A stretch of DNA of 64,000 nt from Patescibacteria group bacterium (GTDB lineage Bacteria; Patescibacteriota; Minisyncoccia; UBA6257; UBA9933): positions 1,890 to 65,889 of the forward strand of contig JBBTPY010000001.1 of NCBI GenBank assembly GCA_038065955.1, in the 5' to 3' direction. The notes beneath the pieces are model-generated. The model was not told the origin of the DNA. It saw only the letters and a program-made list of their open reading frames with translations, and did not search any database. Position 1 is the first letter of the stretch. Every line of letters begins with the position of its first letter. A program made the translations under genes and the position numbers. Positions 56,854-64,000 of the stretch are shown in pieces.

Positions 56854-57237
56854 TTATTTACGAGATTTTAATTCTTCAAGGTCTTTATCTATATGTTCAA
56901 TTTGTAATTGAATTTCTTTAAGCGAATCTTTTTCCATTTTGATTTCTTCTTCGGTTTTTTCAATCATCTTTTTCTCTTGTTTTAATCCTGAAATAATTAC
57001 CTTATCGCCGATAAAAAAATAAACAAAAAGGCCGGTTAAAAGAAGAAGAACAACGCTTACAAAAATCGAAACGGGACCATTCATAAACGGAAACATATCA
57101 GCTGTCATCCACACCCCGCGCCAAAAAAGCACTATTCCAACAGCTCCGATAAAAGCGTATAAAATAGGCCGACGGCTCAAAATAGTTCTGATTTTATCTT
57201 CTAATTTGTCAAAAAATTTTACAATTTTATGTATCAT
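56854..57237 (-). CDS. hypothetical membrane protein with C-terminal coiled coil
   Basis: Two TM helices then a heptad-rich tail. Confidence 0.4.
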   Translation of the reverse strand: MIHKIVKFFDKLEDKIRTILSRRPILYAFIGAVGIVLFWRGVWMTADMFPFMNGPVSIFVSVVLLLLTGLFVYFFIGDKVIISGLKQEKKMIEKTEEEIKMEKDSLKEIQLQIEHIDKDLEELKSRK

Positions 57238-57290
57238 AATTAAAAATATTATACCTTTTCCATGGCCGTTTGCAATTTAATTAATATATC

Positions 57291-58292
<1,002 letters not shown>

Positions 58293-58390
58293 TTATCAAA
58301 ATTACGCTTGTTTTTCAATAAAAAAATAGGCCAAGCTTTTTAGGGCTTGACCTTAGTGAATCCTCGGCAAAAGGACTAAATTTAACGCTA

Positions 58391-59197
58391 CTACCGCGAG
58401 AACGCCGGGGTAAGAGAAATCTTATTCCCTCCAACAGCCGCAGTGAATTCTTTTAATCTCAAAAACGCGTGAGGCGCTTGTTCCTTATGGTTAAGCGCTG
58501 TTGACGTTGATGGCGACGACAAATCAATGGAAACAATGAAATCATCTCCAGTCGCAATCACCCTGTTATTCTGCACCCTGTCAAGGAACAGAATATCGCC
58601 CTTCTCTTTATAAACAATACCTGATAACTGCCAGCGATTATTAATCGCATCATTCACCTTAATCTTCATCACCCTATTTCCTTCAGTGAAAAGAAGATTG
58701 TCGCTGTCTAATATCCTAATGTTTCTTACGTTAATATCGGGAACAGTTTTAAGATAAAACATACCGAAAGAATCGGCGATGTAGCACCTTATAGGCATAA
58801 TGGGCGCCGACAAAAACGCGTAAGCCGGGAAAAATGCCGATGTCATGCTTTTTTCAAGCATAACGGAGACGATTTTTTCCGCCGCAAGTTTTACTTGCGA
58901 CGAAATATTTCCTGCCGCTCCAATGTTTCCTGCCGCCTCAATGATTGTTCTCTCAATCCTGTTCCCGTTTTTCAAAATCTGAATCGAGAACAGTCTCGCA
59001 TAATACCTTTGATTATCCACATTCGGAAGAGGTAATAAAACCTTTTCCTTCACAGAGACAATCCTTGATAATCTCATTACCTCAATATCGTCTCCGTCAA
59101 ACGGAAACGCCATAGAGATGATTCTTTTCGGGTCCTCCTTGGTAATATTGTTAATAGATACTCTTCCAACTTCCAACGACACTTTTTCCATAATCAA
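58391..59197 (-). CDS. hypothetical protein
   Basis: 268-aa ORF with slightly elevated GC; no motif recognised. Confidence 0.4.
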   Translation of the reverse strand: MIMEKVSLEVGRVSINNITKEDPKRIISMAFPFDGDDIEVMRLSRIVSVKEKVLLPLPNVDNQRYYARLFSIQILKNGNRIERTIIEAAGNIGAAGNISSQVKLAAEKIVSVMLEKSMTSAFFPAYAFLSAPIMPIRCYIADSFGMFYLKTVPDINVRNIRILDSDNLLFTEGNRVMKIKVNDAINNRWQLSGIVYKEKGDILFLDRVQNNRVIATGDDFIVSIDLSSPSTSTALNHKEQAPHAFLRLKEFTAAVGGNKISLTPAFSR

Positions 59198-59291
59198 TTT
59201 CCTCCTTATTGTTTTTCAGATTAATAAACATCCCTTTGCCGAGGATATCTGATATTTAAAAGAACAATTTTTAAATATATATTAAACAATT

Positions 59292-59780
59292 CTATTTGTC
59301 AAGAAACACGCGTTCTTCTTCGCCGTAAACGGCTTCAAAATCAAGTTTTTTATAATCAAAAAGTTCATCCGCGTTGAAAAATCGCCAAATTTCTTTTTCA
59401 GCGTTTTCAATAGAATCCGAAGCGTGAATAATATTCATCTGGGAGGAAACGGAAAAATCACCGCGGATTGTCCCCATATCGGCGTTTCTTCCGGAAGTCG
59501 CTCCGCAAACCATTCTAACGACTTTTACCGCTTCTATTCCTTCTAAAACCATTACCGTTACCGGAGACTGCTTCATATATTTTTTTAACCCTTCAAAAAA
59601 CGGCTTATCTTTATGATGAATATAATGTTCCTCTAAAAGAATATCGCTCAATTGCATCATTTTAAGACCGACTATTTTTAATCCTTTTTGTTCAAAACGC
59701 CCGATTATTTTTCCAAGAATATTTCTCTGTAAAGCGTCGGGCTTAATTATTACTAAAGTTTTTTCTTCGTATAATTTCAT
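59292..59780 (-). CDS. ndk: nucleoside-diphosphate kinase
   Basis: KTLVIIKPDA, NIIHASD (active-site His). Confidence 0.9.
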   Translation of the reverse strand: MKLYEEKTLVIIKPDALQRNILGKIIGRFEQKGLKIVGLKMMQLSDILLEEHYIHHKDKPFFEGLKKYMKQSPVTVMVLEGIEAVKVVRMVCGATSGRNADMGTIRGDFSVSSQMNIIHASDSIENAEKEIWRFFNADELFDYKKLDFEAVYGEEERVFLDK

Positions 59781-59797
59781 GATAAATATAATACCAA

Positions 59798-61189
59798 TTA
59801 TCTTTTCTTTTTTATTTCAATACTAAGTTCATTTAATTGTTCTTTTCCTACCTCGGCCGGGGCGCCCATCATTAAATCGCGGCCGTCGCCGGTTTTAGGA
59901 AACGCAATGACTTCGCGAATATTCGGTTCGTCCAATAAAATCGCCATCAACCTGTCAACCCCCAAAGCGATGCCGCCGTGAGGCGGAGCGCCAAAATTAA
60001 AAGCTTCAAGCAAATGACCGAAGCGTTCCCGATAAATTTCCTGTTTCAATCCGAGAATGCCGAAAATTTTTTCCTGTAAATCTTTTTGATAAATTCTGAT
60101 TGAACCTCCGCCTATTTCAAAGCCGTTAAGCACAATATCATAGGCTCTTGCCCGGACGTTTTTAGGATTTTTATCAAGCGTTTCCAAATCTTCCAGATGA
60201 GGCGAAGTAAAAAGATGATGCATTGAAACAAGTTTCTTTTCCGTTTCGGAATATTCAAAAAGCGGAAAATCAGTCACCCATAAAAACGCCAATTCGCCGT
60301 TATTATTTTTATCGCTCCGCACATCCGGCTTATCGGTTTTATGCTTTTCTAAAATATGACCGTAAATTTCTTGAGGAAACGGCTTTTGCCAGATTTTCTT
60401 TTCAGGAAAGAATTTTTCAATAATGGAGATTAAAAGTTCTTCTGTTAATCCGATTATTTCATTTTCATCGGTAAAACTCATTTCTAAATCCAACTGCGTA
60501 AATTCCGGTTGGCGGTCGCCACGAGTGTCTTCATCGCGGAAACATTTGGCAATTTGAAAATATCTTTCAAATCCGGCAACCATTAAAAGCTGTTTATATT
60601 GCTGAGGAGATTGCGGCAAAGCGTAAAATTTTCCCGATTCCAAACGCGAAGGCACCAAATAATCGCGCGCTCCCTCAGGAGTTGATTTTCCTAAAATCGG
60701 AGTTTCAATTTCAACGAAATCTTTTTCAATTAAAAAATCGCGGATAAATTTAATGATTTCGGCGCGCATTTTCAAATTTTTTTGGAGCCGGCTTCTTCGT
60801 AGGTCAAGATAACGGTATTTCATCCGCGCTTCTTCGCCGATTTCGCGACCGTCGGTATCAATGAAAATAGGCAATGTTTCCGAAGGATTCAAAATTTCCA
60901 ATTTTTCCGCCTGAATTTCAAATTCGCCGGTAATAATTTCCGGATTTTCCATTCCTTTGGGTCGGCGGCTGATTTTGCCGATTATTTTAATCACCCATTC
61001 GGAACGCAATTTTTGGGCGTTTTCATAAACTTCTTTATTGACCGGCAAAAACACCGTTTGAACAACGCCGCTTCGGTCGCGCAAATCAATAAAAATAAGT
61101 TTGCCGTGGTCTCTTCGTGTCGTCACCCAACCCATTAATTCCACCTGCTCTCCTTCTTTGTTAATAATTTCCCTGGTTAAAACGCGCAT
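59798..61189 (-). CDS. aspS: aspartate--tRNA ligase, compact (no GAD insertion), presumably non-discriminating
   Basis: OB anticodon-binding N-terminus, class II motifs FRDEDTRGDRQPEFTQLD and GGGSIR...GAPPHGGIALGVDR; gatCA present nearby. Confidence 0.85.
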   Translation of the reverse strand: MRVLTREIINKEGEQVELMGWVTTRRDHGKLIFIDLRDRSGVVQTVFLPVNKEVYENAQKLRSEWVIKIIGKISRRPKGMENPEIITGEFEIQAEKLEILNPSETLPIFIDTDGREIGEEARMKYRYLDLRRSRLQKNLKMRAEIIKFIRDFLIEKDFVEIETPILGKSTPEGARDYLVPSRLESGKFYALPQSPQQYKQLLMVAGFERYFQIAKCFRDEDTRGDRQPEFTQLDLEMSFTDENEIIGLTEELLISIIEKFFPEKKIWQKPFPQEIYGHILEKHKTDKPDVRSDKNNNGELAFLWVTDFPLFEYSETEKKLVSMHHLFTSPHLEDLETLDKNPKNVRARAYDIVLNGFEIGGGSIRIYQKDLQEKIFGILGLKQEIYRERFGHLLEAFNFGAPPHGGIALGVDRLMAILLDEPNIREVIAFPKTGDGRDLMMGAPAEVGKEQLNELSIEIKKKR

Positions 61190-61201
61190 TTAAAAAGTTT
61201 A

Positions 61202-62062
61202 TCATTTATTTTTAAAAATGTTAATCATTCCTCTGTCATTAATTATTAATTTAATCGTTCCATCATTGTCTGTGCGGAAAATACGCGCGCCGGCCGATGT
61301 CAGACGATTTAAAGCCGCGACCGTCGGATGGCCGTAATTATTTTTACCGACCTCAATTACCGCAATTTTTGCTCCTATTTTTTTTAAAAATTCTTCTCCC
61401 GAAGAAAATTTGGAACCATGATGGCCGACTTTCAAAATATCGGCTTTAATGTCAAAATTTTTCGCCAAATAATCCTCCACATTTTTGCCAATATCGCCGG
61501 TAAATAAAATATCCGCCGCCGAATTTAAACCGCCAAGCTTCATCACAAGAGTCGTATCATTTAATTCCGAACTTTTCAAAAAATCGGACGTGGGCGAAAG
61601 AATGTCAAACCGGCTGTCTTGATATTTTATTTTATCGTTACCGGCTAAAATAATTTCCGGAATTTTATTTTCTTTTAGAGCTTTTTTCAAATCGGCAAAG
61701 GATTTCGCCTCTCCTTCGCGGCCGTTATAAATAAAAGCGCCAACTTTGTATCTTTTTAAAACTTCAATTAAACCGGCAAAATGGTCGTATTGAGGATGAG
61801 ATAAAATCACCAAATCAATATAACGGTCGGTCGGCGCCAAAACCGAAGACAATTCATTTAAAACTTTTTTATTCGGACCGCCGTCAATTAAAACTTGAAC
61901 GCCTGACGGCAAATTCACCAGCTGGCTATCCCCTTGCCCGACATCTAAAAAATAAACTTCCAGATTTTTATTCGGCCCGCCCAAAACAATTTGAGACCAA
62001 ACAAAAAAATCAAAAATGATTAAAAAGATTCCGATTAAAATCAGCCGGTCGCGCGAAAACAT
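61202..62062 (-). CDS. ComEC-family metallo-beta-lactamase-fold protein (standalone)
   Basis: N-terminal TM, VLIDGGP, SHPQYDHFAG (HxHxDH-like), KVGHHGS. Confidence 0.7.
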   Translation of the reverse strand: MFSRDRLILIGIFLIIFDFFVWSQIVLGGPNKNLEVYFLDVGQGDSQLVNLPSGVQVLIDGGPNKKVLNELSSVLAPTDRYIDLVILSHPQYDHFAGLIEVLKRYKVGAFIYNGREGEAKSFADLKKALKENKIPEIILAGNDKIKYQDSRFDILSPTSDFLKSSELNDTTLVMKLGGLNSAADILFTGDIGKNVEDYLAKNFDIKADILKVGHHGSKFSSGEEFLKKIGAKIAVIEVGKNNYGHPTVAALNRLTSAGARIFRTDNDGTIKLIINDRGMINIFKNK

Positions 62063-62115
62063 AAAATTAGCTATTTTTATTGCTTCTGCCTTTTTTTAAT
62101 AATACAATTAAATCA

Positions 62116-62394
62116 ATGGATAACAAAGATTATTTAAAAACCCTTAAAGAACGCGCCAAAAAATCCCGCGTTTACAAAAAATACCAATTTACCGGCCTTT
62201 TAATCGCCCAACTATTGAACGACGAAAAGCACAAATCGCTTTATATTAAACTGGCGAAAAAACATTCCGGCGACCATTTATTAAGTATCGCCAAAGACGT
62301 TTCCGAAAGAAAAAAAATAGAAAATAAAGGAGCTTATTTTATGAAAGTGCTGATAAAAACGCATCCGGATATTTTGAAAGATAAAAAGAGTTAA
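62116..62394 (+). CDS. hypothetical basic protein
   Basis: ATG at 62116 (the track starts at a TTG); 92 aa. Confidence 0.35.
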   Translation: MDNKDYLKTLKERAKKSRVYKKYQFTGLLIAQLLNDEKHKSLYIKLAKKHSGDHLLSIAKDVSERKKIENKGAYFMKVLIKTHPDILKDKKS

Positions 62395-62456
62395 AAAAAT
62401 ATGGGATTATTACTAATCCCATATAATGTACTATTTTATTCTTATGCGAAATAACA

Positions 62457-62651
62457 CTATAAACCCTTAATAAAGAGTCTGATGCCTCCTATACCATCGA
62501 AAAAATATGCGCTATTTGGACTCAACAGACTCGGCAAGCGACCGTCAGAACAAAAAATCGTGGCGTGGTCTATTTTACATCTCTTCAATAATTTTTCTGC
62601 TTTTTCGCTTTCTTCTGATTGATCCCTTAATAAAATTATTTTTCCTTCCAT
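62457..62651 (-). CDS. hypothetical small protein
   Basis: 64-aa ORF; overlaps the next ORF by 16 nt. Confidence 0.3.
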   Translation of the reverse strand: MEGKIILLRDQSEESEKAEKLLKRCKIDHATIFCSDGRLPSLLSPNSAYFFDGIGGIRLFIKGL

Positions 62652-62821
62652 ATTAATCCCCCTTTCTTTATTTTTAAATCTAATCTTATTAAATAATCTT
62701 CTTCGTAATGCTCATTCAATCTATTTGGACAAGATTCATTACAACGATCGCAAGCATCACTGTCTTTAAATTTACATGATTTTTCTTCCTCATAATCGTC
62801 GTTATATCGCGTCATAAACAC
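62636..62821 (-). CDS. hypothetical small Cys-rich protein
   Basis: CKFKDSDACDRCNESCP (four Cys), suggesting a Zn-ribbon-like fold. Confidence 0.35.
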   Translation of the reverse strand: MFMTRYNDDYEEEKSCKFKDSDACDRCNESCPNRLNEHYEEDYLIRLDLKIKKGGLIWKEK

Positions 62822-62954
62822 CTCCTTTTATTGTTTTAAACAACCTAATTCTTATTTTTTATTTAAAAGAACAAAATAATAAATAACTGGTTTTATACGC
62901 AATATCTGCGGATAAAATTTGTATTTTGTATAAAAATACTGAATAATCATACTT

Positions 62955-63509
62955 ATGAAAATCTTAACTGTCAATGACAAAAAAGAGGAAAAATTTTTGC
63001 GGACTAAAACCGCGAATTTTGATTTTTCAAAGTTTACCAAAAAAGACATTGGCGAATTGATTAAAAAAATGCGCGAAGCGATGAATAAAGCCGTTGGCAT
63101 CGGTTTAAGCGCAAATCAGATAGGTTTGGATTTGAGATTGTTTGTCGCCAAAATTTCAAATAAACCGTTAAAACGAGACAAAAATAATAAAATAATCTTG
63201 CCACCGCCGGGAGAAATGAAATTTTACGCGATTTTTAATCCGGAAATTACGAAGTTTTCCGAAAAAAAAATCATAATGGAAGAAGGCTGTTTAAGCGTCC
63301 CGGGAATTTACGGCTTGGTTGAACGACCGGAAAGCGTTGTTTTAAAAGGATACAATCGCTATGCTAAACCGCTCACCGTTAAAGCCGATGGATTATTAGC
63401 CAGAGTTTTCCAGCACGAAACGGACCATCTGAACGGCATACTTTTTATTGATAAATGCGACAAGATATATACAATAAATACTAAATTCCAAAATCCAAAT
63501 TCTAAATAA
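62955..63509 (+). CDS. def: peptide deformylase
   Basis: GIGLSANQIG, EGCLSVPG, QHETDHLNG metal-binding motifs. Confidence 0.9.
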   Translation: MKILTVNDKKEEKFLRTKTANFDFSKFTKKDIGELIKKMREAMNKAVGIGLSANQIGLDLRLFVAKISNKPLKRDKNNKIILPPPGEMKFYAIFNPEITKFSEKKIIMEEGCLSVPGIYGLVERPESVVLKGYNRYAKPLTVKADGLLARVFQHETDHLNGILFIDKCDKIYTINTKFQNPNSK

Positions 63510-63536
63510 ATTACAAATTTTAAAAATTAAATCTCT

Positions 63537-63565
63537 CCGCCGAAGGCGGATCCGCCTTCGGCGGA
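63537..63565 (+). terminator. GC-rich 13-bp-stem hairpin downstream of def
   Basis: ccgccgaaggcgg-atc-ccgccttcggcgg; no clean U-run, so intrinsic termination is uncertain. Confidence 0.4.
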
Positions 63566-63775
63566 AAATCTCAAATTTACATCTTATCTTGCTGTAAAAT
63601 AAAATCTTAAAACAAATACAAAATCCTAAATTCTAAATAATATCAAAATCCAAAATTTAAAACTCAAAATACGCGAATTATTATTTTTTGAATTTTGAAT
63701 TTTAATCATTTGAATTTATTTGGGATTTATCCCCCACATAAAATTATGTGAGGGGATTTAGAATTATAAGACTTA

Positions 63776-63866
63776 TATCATATCAATTTCGGTTATTTCA
63801 ACGATCGTTGAAATAACCGAAATTGGCTGAAACATTAAATATTCTCCTGTAAAATTAATAAATGAT
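63776..63866 (+). repeat. intergenic palindromic repeat element, copy D, upstream of fmt
   Basis: Perfect 42-bp palindrome at 63784-63825 plus tail ..TTGGCTgaaacattaaatattctcctgtaaaattaataaatga. Confidence 0.85.
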
Positions 63867-63934
63867 TTTAGATTTTGAATTTAAAGCTATAGATTTAACA
63901 TTTGATTTGTGTTTTTGAGATTTTAGATTTAATT

Positions 63935-64000
63935 ATGAATTACATTTTTTTCGGTTCTCCCGATTTCGCCGCCATTATACTGGAAAAACTTATTAACGCC
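63935..64000 (+). CDS. fmt: methionyl-tRNA formyltransferase (N-terminal 22 codons; runs off the window)
   Basis: MNYIFFGSPDFAAIILEKLINA matches the Fmt N-terminus (FMGTP.FA); follows def as expected. Confidence 0.6.
   Translation, partial: MNYIFFGSPDFAAIILEKLINA

Noticed and set aside
63600-63920. Possible CRISPR array or oriC in the def-fmt spacer
   Set aside because: The AAAATCYWAAAT-like units are short, degenerate and irregularly spaced, with no unique spacers, so this is not CRISPR. DnaA-box matches are imperfect (TTATCCCCCACA) and no dnaA gene is nearby, so the oriC call is not supported. Kept only as a structured-repeat finding.

Overview
This 64 kb window is AT-rich (roughly one-third GC by eye) and densely packed with small housekeeping genes, mostly on the minus strand. 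The compact aminoacyl-tRNA synthetases, the absence of pheT next to pheS, and standalone gatCA look like a reduced-genome bacterium of the Patescibacteria/CPR type, but that placement is an inference.

Core genes I can support:
- Replication and repair: dnaG-rpoD, dnaE, holB-like, rarA, a ComEC-like MBL-fold protein.
- Translation: alaS, pheS, thrS, trpS, aspS, gatC-gatA, frr, def and the start of fmt.
- Other: ndk, mreB, htpX, rseP, uppP, glgA plus a GH57 glycoside hydrolase, cspA, a CheY-like receiver, a pilin, and three tRNAs (Asn-GTT, Ser-GGA, Asp-GTC).

Accessory content:
- An island at about 33.5-40.5 kb with patchy high-GC composition. It carries a NUDIX hydrolase, an XRE regulator, a SAM methyltransferase and an HhH protein. 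It also carries a tightly coupled three-gene operon: DUF2779-type nuclease, Cas4-like PD-(D/E)XK nuclease with an Fe-S cysteine cluster, and a Pif1/RecD-like SF1B helicase. A patatin gene and tRNA-Ser flank it. I rate this operon the most interesting candidate system in the window.
- Two small GIY-YIG nuclease cassettes, one inserted at tRNA-Asn and one at tRNA-Ser. Each is flanked by duplicated tRNA fragments. A 24-bp GC-rich palindrome is shared with a GC-rich noncoding islet elsewhere.
- A roughly 90-115 bp intergenic repeat family (four copies) built on a perfect 42-bp palindrome with a promoter-like tail.
- Palindromes containing CACATA..TATGTG at three intergenic sites.
- A 555-aa secreted protein made of repeated four-cysteine modules.
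- A (ATACAAR)5 heptanucleotide repeat inside gatA.
- An iteron-like AT-rich array in the def-fmt spacer.

All calls rest on motif recognition by eye from the ORF translations and the raw sequence. No searches were run.
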